Source: an uncultured candidate division Zixibacteria bacterium
GTDB lineage: Bacteria; Zixibacteria; MSB-5A5; RBG-16-43-9
Direction of reading: 5' to 3'
Assembly: GCA_963713865.1 (NCBI GenBank)
Contig: OY970208.1
Coordinates: forward strand, 832,001 to 896,000
Length of the DNA stretch: 64,000 nucleotides
The position numbers and the translations under genes are program-made. Shown here one piece after another: positions 32,090 through 43,585 of the stretch (its first letter is position 1; each line of letters starts with the position of its first letter). The notes beneath the pieces were generated by a model. That model was not told where the DNA came from. It was given only the letters and a program-made list of their open reading frames with translations, and searched no databases.

Positions 32090-32488
32090 GTAGTGTCAAA
32101 AGCTTCCTCCCGTTACCTGTAGTTTGTAGCGGAAGGCTTCAGCCTTCCATTTTTCAAAATATATGGAAACCTGAAGATTTACGCTACTTTTTGCGACCCT
32201 GAAAATTTATATTTTGTAGGAACAGGGCTTGTCCCTGTCCGAACATAAAAGGACAGCCACAAGGGCTGTCCCTACACCTGCGACCCTGATCCCGCTTACT
32301 GCAGGACAAGCAGGGTCGCATTAAATTTGTTAGCATAAATTATTAGGGTAGACACATCGGTCTACCCCTACAATATAATCAAACGAATATCAAGGCAGGC
32401 ACACGGTTCGACAAGCTCACCGTCTCTTCGAGCCTGAGCCTCAGAGCCGAAGGCCTGAGCAAGGTCGAAGGAGGGGGCCTGCCCCTAC
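32090..32488. repeat. dense mosaic of REP-like palindromes
   Basis: several GTAG...CTAC units, GCGACCCTG...CAGGGTCGC, GGGTAGAC...GTCTACCCCTAC, TTCGACAAGCTCA...TGAGCAAGGTCGAA. Confidence 0.7.
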
Positions 32489-32604
32489 AATTTTTCGATC
32501 TCCCAATCTAAATTTATTTTTTTATTGACAAGGTATGATTACTTTCGTAAAATGTTTTTCGTATTAAAAAGGTTAATCAAAATAATTATAAAAAAATTTT
32601 AGAT

Positions 32605-34996
<2,392 letters not shown>

Positions 34997-35010
34997 TAAA
35001 CTCTTTCGCT

Positions 35011-35847
35011 ATGAAAAAAATAGTCAAGATAAAAGACATCCCTATTGGTCAGGGCTCTCCATTAGTTTTAATCGCTGGTCCCTGTGTTATCGAATCTGAA
35101 AGTTTAGTATTAGAAACTGCGGAGAAGATCAAAAAAATTGCCCAGGAACTGAAAATCCCTTTCATCTTTAAATCCTCTTACTCAAAAGCTAACCGCTTGA
35201 GTATCGATTCATATTCTGGACCAGGTTTGCAAAAAGGGTTAAAAATTTTAGAAAAGGTTAAAAAGGAATTTGATATTCCGGTTTTAACTGATATTCATAT
35301 ACCGGATGAGGCTGTTCCGGTTTCAGAGGTGGTAGATGTTTTGCAGATCCCTGCATTCTTGTGCAGGCAGACGGATTTGATTATTGCTGCAGCCAAGACT
35401 GGAAAAACTTTGAATATCAAAAAAGGGCAATTTATGGCGCCTGAGGACATGGATTTAATTGCAAAAAAAGCTCTTTCGGTTGGAAATGATCAGGTTTTAT
35501 TAACAGAAAGGGGGACAAGCTTTGGCTATCATAATTTAGTGGTCGATTTCCGTTCTCTGGTAATAATGAAAGACCTGGGTTATCCAGTGGTCTTCGATGC
35601 CACCCATTCACTTCAATTACCGGGTGCAGGGAAGACTTTTTCTGGAGGGGAACCTCAGTTTATCTTCCCTCTGGCTCGGGGAGCAGTTGCCTGCGGCTGC
35701 GATGCTTTATTTATTGAAACCCATCCAAGAATTGAGGAAGCACTCTGCGATAAAAGCAATATGCTCCCGCTGGGAAAGTTAGAAAAGCTCTTGGCTCAGA
35801 TAAAAATGATTGATGAGCACAGAAGGAGCTGGTTAAAGGAGGATTAA
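35011..35847 (+). CDS. kdsA: Kdo-8-phosphate synthase
   Basis: IAGPCVIE, KANR.S, QIPAFLCRQT, DATHS. Confidence 0.97.
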   Translation: MKKIVKIKDIPIGQGSPLVLIAGPCVIESESLVLETAEKIKKIAQELKIPFIFKSSYSKANRLSIDSYSGPGLQKGLKILEKVKKEFDIPVLTDIHIPDEAVPVSEVVDVLQIPAFLCRQTDLIIAAAKTGKTLNIKKGQFMAPEDMDLIAKKALSVGNDQVLLTERGTSFGYHNLVVDFRSLVIMKDLGYPVVFDATHSLQLPGAGKTFSGGEPQFIFPLARGAVACGCDALFIETHPRIEEALCDKSNMLPLGKLEKLLAQIKMIDEHRRSWLKED

Positions 35848-35848
35848 A

Positions 35849-36370
35849 ATCATAAATTCCAGTTTTAAGAAAAAATTAAGAAAGGTCAAATTAATTTTAC
35901 TGGATGTAGACGGGGTTTTGACGGATAATTGTGTTTATATAGGGGATGATGGTAAGGAGATTAAAAGATTCAGTGTCGCAGATGGTCTGGGGATATTTTT
36001 CGCCAGGAAGGCGGGGATTAAGGTTGGTTTTCTTTCAGGGAGGGAATCTGCAGCAGCAAAGGTGCGGGGAGAGGAATTAGGGGTGAAGGAGATTCATCTG
36101 GGGATCTGGAATAAATTGAAAACTTATGAAGAGATAAAAAAAAGATTAAAATTGAAAGATGAGGAAATTCTTTATATGGGGGATGACCTCTGGGATTATG
36201 AGGTTTTCAAAAAGGCCGGGGTACCAGTAGGAGTTAAAAATGGTGACAAAAGGATAAATCGATTAGCTCTCCATGTAACTGAAAAAAAAGGCGGTGAGGG
36301 CGCGGTGAGAGAAGTTATTGATTTAATCCTAGAGAGTAGAAAAATAAACCCATTGAGGTTTTTAAGATGA
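35849..36370 (+). CDS. kdsC: Kdo-8-phosphate phosphatase (HAD); start appears non-canonical (ATC or ATA)
   Basis: the catalytic LLDVDGVLTD lies upstream of the ORF-track start; GDD..D and GG.GAVRE present. Confidence 0.9.
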   Translation: MINSSFKKKLRKVKLILLDVDGVLTDNCVYIGDDGKEIKRFSVADGLGIFFARKAGIKVGFLSGRESAAAKVRGEELGVKEIHLGIWNKLKTYEEIKKRLKLKDEEILYMGDDLWDYEVFKKAGVPVGVKNGDKRINRLALHVTEKKGGEGAVREVIDLILESRKINPLRFLR

Positions 36371-37326
36371 TAATCGAAAAAGCAAAAGAGGTTATCCGCA
36401 AAGAGGCAGAGGCGGTCCTAAATTTAGAGAAGAAGATCAACTCAGAATTCCAGAAAGCAGTGGAGATGGTTTTAAAATGTAAAGGGAGGGTGATTGTTAC
36501 CGGCATGGGTAAATCCGGGTTAATCGGTAAAAAGATCGCGGCTACTTTAGCCTCAACCGGGACCTCAGCCATCTTTTTACACCCGGTAGAAGGGCTACAT
36601 GGTGATTTAGGAATAGTGCGTAGAGATGATGTGGTAATTGCTATTACCAAAAGTGGTGAGACCGAAGAGTTACAACAGCTCTTTCCATTATTTAAAAGGT
36701 TAGGGGTACCCATAATTAGCTTGACCGGTAACCCTAAATCTCCAGCCGCAGAGAAAAGTGATGTAGTAATCGATGTTTCCGTAGACGAAGAAGCTTGTCC
36801 TAATAATTTAGTCCCTACCTCCAGCACAACCGCGGCACTGGTTATGGGAGATGCCTTAGCTATTGCACTTTTAGAGGAAAGGCATTTTTCGGCTGAAGAT
36901 TTTGCCCTGCTCCATCCAGGTGGTTATTTAGGGAAAAGATTGCTTTTGAAAGTGAAAGATATAATGCATACCGGAACTGATATTCCAATAATCTCCGAAG
37001 ATGCAAATATGAAAGAGGTGATCTTAGAGATGACCTCTAAAAGATTTGGTACCACTACAATAGTCAATGAGAAAAAAGAGTTAGTGGGAATATTCACCGA
37101 TGGTGATCTGAGGAGATTAGTGGAAAAAACTGAGGAGATCTTCAAGCTAAAAGCCAGGGAGGTTATGACCAGGAATCCAAAAACAATAAGTGAAGAGGAG
37201 CTGGCTGCCAAAGCCTTAAACCGGATGGAGTTCTATAACATAACCTGCCTGATTGTTCCCGATGGGAAAAAAGAGCCGATTGGGATTTTACATCTGCATG
37301 ATCTTTTAAAAGCCGGAGTGGTATAA
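36367..37326 (+). CDS. kdsD: arabinose-5-phosphate isomerase (KpsF/GutQ)
   Basis: GMGKSG, HGDLG, PTSST, HPGG.LG, CBS pair. Confidence 0.95.
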   Translation: MIIEKAKEVIRKEAEAVLNLEKKINSEFQKAVEMVLKCKGRVIVTGMGKSGLIGKKIAATLASTGTSAIFLHPVEGLHGDLGIVRRDDVVIAITKSGETEELQQLFPLFKRLGVPIISLTGNPKSPAAEKSDVVIDVSVDEEACPNNLVPTSSTTAALVMGDALAIALLEERHFSAEDFALLHPGGYLGKRLLLKVKDIMHTGTDIPIISEDANMKEVILEMTSKRFGTTTIVNEKKELVGIFTDGDLRRLVEKTEEIFKLKAREVMTRNPKTISEEELAAKALNRMEFYNITCLIVPDGKKEPIGILHLHDLLKAGVV

Positions 37327-37339
37327 TCTTAAAATTTAG

Positions 37340-38290
37340 ATGGTGAAAATTCCTTGGTTAAAACTCAAGAAAAGATTAAAGAATTGGTTTATCTTCAAAT
37401 TTATAACCTTCTTAATCTTCTTTTTAAATCTATCCCCTCGTAAATTTTCACTTTTCTTTGGGGCAAGCTTGGGGAGATTAGCTTATCTTATTCTACCTGA
37501 GGCTCGCAAGATAACTTTTAAAAATCTTAAGATGGCTTTTCCTCAATTAAATACAAACAGTTACAAGAAAATCTCCTTAAAAGTATTTGAGAGCCTGGGC
37601 AGAAACTCTGTTGATGCGATCAGGCTACCGAAAATGAATTGGGAAGAAATTCAAAAGATAGTTAAAGTAGAAGGTATAGAGCATCTTGAAAAAGCCTACT
37701 CGTTGGGGAAAGGGGTAATAGGAGTTACAGGGCATATCGGTAACTTCGAGCTTTTAGCTGCTTATGTATCCCTGCGGGGGTACAAACTCTCAGCCATAGG
37801 TCGGGAGCTTTATGATCCCAGGCTGAACGAGCTTTTAATTAAGAACAGACAGAAAGTTGGAGTGCAAAATATCTATTCAACTGCAAGTGCAAAAGAAGTA
37901 ATCAAGGTTCTGAACTCAGGCAGAATGATAGGAGTTCTAATGGATCAGGATACTTCGAGAGTAAGGGGGATTTTTGTGAAATTTTTCGGCAGATTAGCCC
38001 GGACTCCAGTTGGTCCTGCAATTTTAGCTTTGAGATTCAACTCCCCGATTGTGCCTATGGCTATAGTTCAAACCAGAAAAGGGGATTATAAAATAATAAT
38101 CCAGGAGGAGATTAAGCCTCTTTCGGATAAAACCAGCGAAGAAAATATCCATTATCTTACCCAGAGAAGCACCGATTTTTTGGAGGGGATAATCAGAGAA
38201 TATCCGGACCAATGGGTCTGGATGCATAAACGCTGGCTCAGAAGTCCAGATAGCATCCGAAATCTGGATCCTTTGGACTTGAAAAAATAA
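37340..38290 (+). CDS. lpxL: lipid A late acyltransferase (LpxL/HtrB family)
   Basis: H.GNFE, DQD, PDQWVWMHKRW. Confidence 0.85.
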   Translation: MVKIPWLKLKKRLKNWFIFKFITFLIFFLNLSPRKFSLFFGASLGRLAYLILPEARKITFKNLKMAFPQLNTNSYKKISLKVFESLGRNSVDAIRLPKMNWEEIQKIVKVEGIEHLEKAYSLGKGVIGVTGHIGNFELLAAYVSLRGYKLSAIGRELYDPRLNELLIKNRQKVGVQNIYSTASAKEVIKVLNSGRMIGVLMDQDTSRVRGIFVKFFGRLARTPVGPAILALRFNSPIVPMAIVQTRKGDYKIIIQEEIKPLSDKTSEENIHYLTQRSTDFLEGIIREYPDQWVWMHKRWLRSPDSIRNLDPLDLKK

Positions 38291-38318
38291 AAATATGATA
38301 TAACTTATACAGATTTGT

Positions 38319-38870
38319 ATGGACAAAAAGATAATTCTACTTATATTTCTTTTAGGGTTAAGTCAGGTCTTTAGCTGCAAGGAGGAAAACCAGAAAAAAG
38401 CTCAAAAGACAAGAACTTATCCGGACCAGGTGGTGGAGAATACCAGTATGGTCTTTACCCAGAATGGTGTAAAATCAGCTGAGATAAAGGTAGAATATTT
38501 AGAGAAGTACGAAAAGGAAGATCTTTCCAGAGGAAAGGTGATCTTTGCGGATATTTACGACCGTGAAGGTAAGCATATTTCCACCATACAGGCTGATTCT
38601 GGCTGGATAAAGGAGAAAAGACAGGAGCTTATGGTTTTAGGGGATGTGGTGGTTAAGACTGATCAGGGGATGATCCTTGAGACCCAGAGCCTTAGCTGGA
38701 ATCCCCGGTCTAATAAGGTTACAACAGAGGATTTTGTAAAAATAACCAAGGGAAAAGATGTAATAACCGGTTATGGCTTAGAGGCTGACCAGGAACTAAA
38801 AGAACTCAAGATTAAAAAAGAGGTTAAAGGTAAGATAAAAGAGGTGCCCAAGGAAGAGATTGGAGGATAG
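38319..38870 (+). CDS. lptC: LPS export protein LptC
   Basis: I.AD.G, GDVVV, LETQSLSW, ITGYGL; operon position; FSC lipobox-like. Confidence 0.85.
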   Translation: MDKKIILLIFLLGLSQVFSCKEENQKKAQKTRTYPDQVVENTSMVFTQNGVKSAEIKVEYLEKYEKEDLSRGKVIFADIYDREGKHISTIQADSGWIKEKRQELMVLGDVVVKTDQGMILETQSLSWNPRSNKVTTEDFVKITKGKDVITGYGLEADQELKELKIKKEVKGKIKEVPKEEIGG

Positions 38871-38889
38871 AAAACTGGAATATAAGGCA

Positions 38890-38951
38890 TTGGAGTGTAA
38901 GACCTTAGTTTTACATAAATTAATAGTATCTACCTAAAGGTTTATACTCCA
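38890..38951. repeat. TGGAGTGTAA...TATACTCCA (GGAG-type REP-like) element
   Basis: related copies at 58050-58140 and 30055-30110. Confidence 0.65.
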
Positions 38952-38989
38952 TAGTGCTTCCATAATTGCTCTTAGCAAATAATGAGAAT

Positions 38990-39715
38990 ATGCAGATATT
39001 AAGAACAGAAGATTTGATTAAGATCTATAAACACCGTAAAGTGGTGAATGAGGTTTCTATTGAAGTCAAGCAGGGAGAAGTGGTAGGCCTTTTGGGACCC
39101 AATGGAGCCGGGAAAACCACTACCTTTTATATGTTCATCGGCTTTATTAAACCTAATTCAGGTAAGGTCTTAATCGATTTCGAGGATATAACTAATTTTC
39201 CAATGTATAAAAGGGCTCAAAAGGGGATAGGGTATCTTTCCCAGGAGCCTTCTATATTCAGAAAATTAACAGTTGAAGAGAATATACTGGCAATCTTAGA
39301 AATGCAAAAGTTAGATAGAAAAAAGCGTAGGATTAGATTGGAAGGATTGTTAAATGAGCTGAATATCGAATCATTAGCTAAGAATAAAGCCTATACCCTT
39401 TCAGGTGGAGAAAGGAGAAGGGTTGAAATAACCCGGGCTTTAGTTACTGAGCCAAAGTTCATGCTTTTAGATGAGCCTTTTTTAGGAATTGATCCGATAG
39501 CAGTTGAGGATATTCAGAAGATAATCTTCAGGTTAAAACAGAAAAACTTAGGGATCCTGATTACCGACCATAATGTCAGGGAGACCTTAGCCATAACTGA
39601 TAGAGCCTATATAATGTGTGATGGTCAGATATTGAAATCCGGCACCTCAGAATTCTTAGCCTCTGATCCGGAGGCAAAAAAAATCTATTTAGGTGAGAGG
39701 TTCAGGTTAAATTGA
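38990..39715 (+). CDS. lptB: LPS export ABC ATPase
   Basis: [32 protein letters not shown]. Confidence 0.97.
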   Translation: MQILRTEDLIKIYKHRKVVNEVSIEVKQGEVVGLLGPNGAGKTTTFYMFIGFIKPNSGKVLIDFEDITNFPMYKRAQKGIGYLSQEPSIFRKLTVEENILAILEMQKLDRKKRRIRLEGLLNELNIESLAKNKAYTLSGGERRRVEITRALVTEPKFMLLDEPFLGIDPIAVEDIQKIIFRLKQKNLGILITDHNVRETLAITDRAYIMCDGQILKSGTSEFLASDPEAKKIYLGERFRLN

Positions 39716-39765
39716 ATAGCGATTTAATCCGATAAAAGATTAGGGAGAAACCATAAAATAAAGAT

Positions 39766-41214
39766 ATGAAATTAGGTTTACAGGTAAAGCTTAGACAAAC
39801 CATTGCCCCTCAACTGATTCAGTCCTTAAAGCTTTTGCAGATGCCCCTCCTCAAGTTAGAGCAGCTCTTACGTCAGGAGCTTTCAGTTAATCCCTTGTTA
39901 GAAGAGGTTGAAACTTCAGAGGACATAGAGACCCCCCCTTCTGAAAAGGAAACAGAAATCGACCCTCAGTTAGGTAAGATAGACTGGGGTGAGTATTTAG
40001 GCGAAGAGAGTGAGTTCAGGGTAAGGGGAGAAAAAGAAGAACAGGAGGATAAAAGGGAAAGACCAACTGTAGTGGAGAAAACTTTAGGCGAGTACCTTAT
40101 GGAACAGCTTAATTTTAACAAGCTGAGTGAGGATGAGCACCGGATCGGAGAATACATAATTGGCAATATAGATGAAAATGGATACCTTTCCTGTTCATTA
40201 GAGGAAATAATTGAAGCGTTGAAGGTGGATCCGGAGGTTGCTAAAAAGGTACTTAAGCTGATTCAGAGTTTTGATCCCTTAGGGGTTGGGGCAAGGGATT
40301 TAAGAGAATCGCTTCTTATCCAGCTTAAAGAGAGGGGGCTGGAGCAAAGCTTAGCTTATCGGATTGTAGACCAGTATCTGAATGAGCTGGACAAAAAAAG
40401 CCTTACTCAGTTAGCCAGGTCTTCAGGGGCAGAGTTTGAAGAGGTACAGAAAGCTATGGATGTCATTCGGACCCTTTCTCCTAAACCTGCGGCCGGAAGG
40501 TTTGTGAATGCAGCTTTTCCTTTAGTTCCAAACCTGATTGTGGAAAAGGTGGGGAACGAGTTTCTGGTCTTCCATAACGATAAGAATATTCCCCGGATGA
40601 GAGTTAACCCGGCATATAAAGAACTTTTGAGAAAAAATAATTTAACCAGTTCTGAGACAAAGGATTATGTGAAGAAAAAATTAGAACAGGCTCGCTGGCT
40701 TTTAAATGCTATAAATCAACGCCGTTCTACAATGGTAAATGTTATGGGTTCAATCATAGAAGAACAGAAGGAATTCTTCGAAAAGGGACCAGAATATTTA
40801 AAGCCCTTGACCATGGAAGCTATAGCCAATAGATTGAATATGAATGTGGCAACTGTTTCGCGGGTCTCAAACGATAAATATGTCCAAACCCCCCATGGTT
40901 TATTTGAGATCAGATATTTCTTTAACTCCGGATTGACCAAAGATGATGGACAGGAGATTTCCAAGCGACATATCAAAAGTATGTTAGAACTGATAATCAA
41001 GGAAGAAAGCCCTGCTACCCCTTTATCTGACAGGGAGATCCATACTCTGCTTAAAAAAAAAGGGATCAATTTAGCTCGCAGGACTGTAACCAAATATCGG
41101 GAGGAGCTCAAGCTCCTTCCAGCTCGTTTCCGAAAAAGGGTGACCAAAGAAAAAAACAAACTTTTAGAAAAAGAAGAGGAAAAGACCAACTCCTCCCCGG
41201 ATGGGACAAGTTGA
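39766..41214 (+). CDS. rpoN: RNA polymerase sigma-54
   Basis: PQLIQSLKLLQ, DP.GVGAR, ARRTVTKYRE RpoN box. Confidence 0.97.
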   Translation: MKLGLQVKLRQTIAPQLIQSLKLLQMPLLKLEQLLRQELSVNPLLEEVETSEDIETPPSEKETEIDPQLGKIDWGEYLGEESEFRVRGEKEEQEDKRERPTVVEKTLGEYLMEQLNFNKLSEDEHRIGEYIIGNIDENGYLSCSLEEIIEALKVDPEVAKKVLKLIQSFDPLGVGARDLRESLLIQLKERGLEQSLAYRIVDQYLNELDKKSLTQLARSSGAEFEEVQKAMDVIRTLSPKPAAGRFVNAAFPLVPNLIVEKVGNEFLVFHNDKNIPRMRVNPAYKELLRKNNLTSSETKDYVKKKLEQARWLLNAINQRRSTMVNVMGSIIEEQKEFFEKGPEYLKPLTMEAIANRLNMNVATVSRVSNDKYVQTPHGLFEIRYFFNSGLTKDDGQEISKRHIKSMLELIIKEESPATPLSDREIHTLLKKKGINLARRTVTKYREELKLLPARFRKRVTKEKNKLLEKEEEKTNSSPDGTS

Positions 41215-41289
41215 ATTTATTTACCGGTTTTAGGTTCACCCATCAAGGTAAATCAGGCCAACCGATGGAAAAAAGAAAGGAGCATTTAT

Positions 41290-41640
41290 ATGGAAGTAAG
41301 GACTACTGCCCGGCATTTCGAATTGACTAAAGAGCTCAAAGATTTAGTTAATAAAGAGATAAACCGTTTAGAGAGATATTACGATCAGATCATCGACTCA
41401 CATCTGATCTTAGAAGCAGAGGGATACAGAAAAAGCGCTGAATTGAATTTAAAAGTCTATGGCACAGTACTTATCAGCCGGCACAGCTCAGATGATTTCC
41501 GAACTTCGATCGAAGGGTCTTTAGAGAAGATGGAAAGACAGCTTAAAAAATATAAATCCAAGTTAAAGGAAAGAAAATTTCGTGAGAGGAAAAGGGGTAA
41601 AACTTTAGTGCACCTTCCCTCAAGTTCTGAGGAAGAATAA
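41290..41640 (+). CDS. hpf: ribosome hibernation factor HPF/RaiA
   Basis: TARH, KMERQLKKYK; follows rpoN. Confidence 0.9.
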   Translation: MEVRTTARHFELTKELKDLVNKEINRLERYYDQIIDSHLILEAEGYRKSAELNLKVYGTVLISRHSSDDFRTSIEGSLEKMERQLKKYKSKLKERKFRERKRGKTLVHLPSSSEEE

Positions 41641-41652
41641 GTTTTAAAAAAG

Positions 41653-42621
41653 ATGGAAAATATCGAAGTTGAAAAGCTTTACAAAGAGAGAAAAGATTTC
41701 TTAGAGCTTAACCTTTTGAATAGCGAAGAGGGGCTCAAAAAGAAGATCTTAAATAATGAGATTCACCGACCAGGCTTAGCCCTTTCCGGATACACGGACA
41801 GGTTTGCTCACGAGAGAACCCAGGTTATGGGTGAGACTGAGATTACTTTTCTTCAGAGCTTAGATCAAACTAAAAGAAGAGATCTTTTAGAGAAAGTCTT
41901 TCGCTTCGATATCCCTTGTATCATTATCTCTAAGAATATCTACCCTCCTTCGGACCTGCTTGAGATAGCGGATCGGACCAAAACGCCGGTTTTTCAGTCG
42001 CGTCTTTCCACAACTGAACTAACTAACCGGTTAAGCCTTTACCTGGATAATATCTTTGCTCCTAATACCACCATGCATGGAACTCTGGTGGATGTTTACG
42101 GGGTAGGGTTATTCTACACTGGCAAAAGTGGCATCGGTAAGAGCGAATGCGCTCTGGATTTAGTTGAGAGAGGACATCGACTGGTAGCAGATGATGTAGT
42201 CCAGATTATCCGAAAGACACCTGAGGTCATCGTGGGTACGGGAAGCGAGCTTTTGGGCCATCATATGGAGATCAGAGGTGTGGGGATAATAGATCTGGAG
42301 AGGCTTTTTGGAATCAGGGCAGTCAGAATTCAGAAAAGGATTGAGGTTGAGGTTAGATTGGTCTTGTGGAGGGATGATTTGGAATATGAGAGATTAGGGA
42401 TTGAGAATAAGTTTACCCGTATCTTAGGTGTGGAAATCCCGGTAGTTACCATCCCGATCTCTCCAGGAAAGAACATTACCGTGATCTCTGAGGTAATTGC
42501 GATGAATCATATGTTGAAAATTTACGGGCAGGATCCGGCAAAGGAATTCTCTAGAAAACTTTCAGAGGAGATCTCCCGGAAAAAGCTGGTGAGCGACTAT
42601 TTAGAGAGCGATATGGAATAG
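41653..42621 (+). CDS. hprK: HPr kinase/phosphorylase
   Basis: RPGLAL.G, GKSGIGKSE, RGHRLVADD, MEIRG.GII. Confidence 0.97.
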   Translation: MENIEVEKLYKERKDFLELNLLNSEEGLKKKILNNEIHRPGLALSGYTDRFAHERTQVMGETEITFLQSLDQTKRRDLLEKVFRFDIPCIIISKNIYPPSDLLEIADRTKTPVFQSRLSTTELTNRLSLYLDNIFAPNTTMHGTLVDVYGVGLFYTGKSGIGKSECALDLVERGHRLVADDVVQIIRKTPEVIVGTGSELLGHHMEIRGVGIIDLERLFGIRAVRIQKRIEVEVRLVLWRDDLEYERLGIENKFTRILGVEIPVVTIPISPGKNITVISEVIAMNHMLKIYGQDPAKEFSRKLSEEISRKKLVSDYLESDME

Positions 42622-42644
42622 AAAAGGTCAACGATAATAGAAGA

Positions 42645-42675
42645 AAAGTGCCCGAAGAAAGGGCATTTATTTTTT
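42645..42675 (+). terminator. possible intrinsic terminator after hprK
   Basis: GTGCCC-N7-GGGCAT followed by a T-rich tract. Confidence 0.45.
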
Positions 42676-42688
42676 GCAAGGGAAGAAG

Positions 42689-43585
42689 ATGGACAATCGA
42701 ACAATCGAGCTAAGAGTAGGAATTGTAGTGGCGATAGCAACAATTATACTTTTCGCCGGGATCATCTGGTTAAAGGAGTATAAGTACAATGTTGAGAGGT
42801 ACAGATATTCAGTCCTTTTCCCAAATGTTGGAGCTTTAACGGTGGGTGATCCGGTAACCGTTTTAGGAGTGGCTAAAGGAAAGATAGAGAGAATTGTTCT
42901 CTCCGGCGGCGATGTACTGGTAACTTTAAATCTGACCACAGATGTGAAACTGAAAACGGATGCAAAGTTTACGGTAATGAATATCGGGTTGATGGGAGAG
43001 AGGTTTGTGGATGTATCGCCTGGCCATTCCCCAGAGCTTCTGGACCTCTCGAAACCGGTTAAAGGTTTCTATGATACCGGAATCCCGGAGATGATGGGGA
43101 TGTCCGGACAGATGTTAGATGAGGTCAGGAGATTGGTGGCTCATTTAGAAGGGGTCTTTGGAACCCAATGGTCGCAGGAATCCATAAAGGGGACGATCCG
43201 GGATTTAAAGCAGTTATCCGGAGAGCTGGTCAGACTACTGGATAAAAATAAAGACAAATTGGAAAAGACTGCAGATGACCTGTCCTATACCTCTTCAGAG
43301 CTTAAGGGGCTGATGGAGAAGAATAAAGGAAAAATTCAATCCTCAGTGGATAATTTTACCACTGCTTCAGCTAAATTAGATACTCTTACTACTACCTTGA
43401 GCTCGTTTTCGGTTTCTTTAAAGAATTTGACTCAGAAGATCGAATCCGGGGAAGGGACATTAGGAAAACTGGTGAATGACAGCACACTTTATATTGATCT
43501 TAAGAGAACTACCACGAACGTGGATGAGTTAATTACCGATATAAAAAAACACCCTAAAAGATATTTAAAGTTTAGCCTGTTTTGA
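42689..43585 (+). CDS. MCE/MlaD family protein
   Basis: single TM, L.VGDPV...GV..G.I, GLMGERFV, helical tail, GTLGKL. Confidence 0.9.
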   Translation: MDNRTIELRVGIVVAIATIILFAGIIWLKEYKYNVERYRYSVLFPNVGALTVGDPVTVLGVAKGKIERIVLSGGDVLVTLNLTTDVKLKTDAKFTVMNIGLMGERFVDVSPGHSPELLDLSKPVKGFYDTGIPEMMGMSGQMLDEVRRLVAHLEGVFGTQWSQESIKGTIRDLKQLSGELVRLLDKNKDKLEKTADDLSYTSSELKGLMEKNKGKIQSSVDNFTTASAKLDTLTTTLSSFSVSLKNLTQKIESGEGTLGKLVNDSTLYIDLKRTTTNVDELITDIKKHPKRYLKFSLF

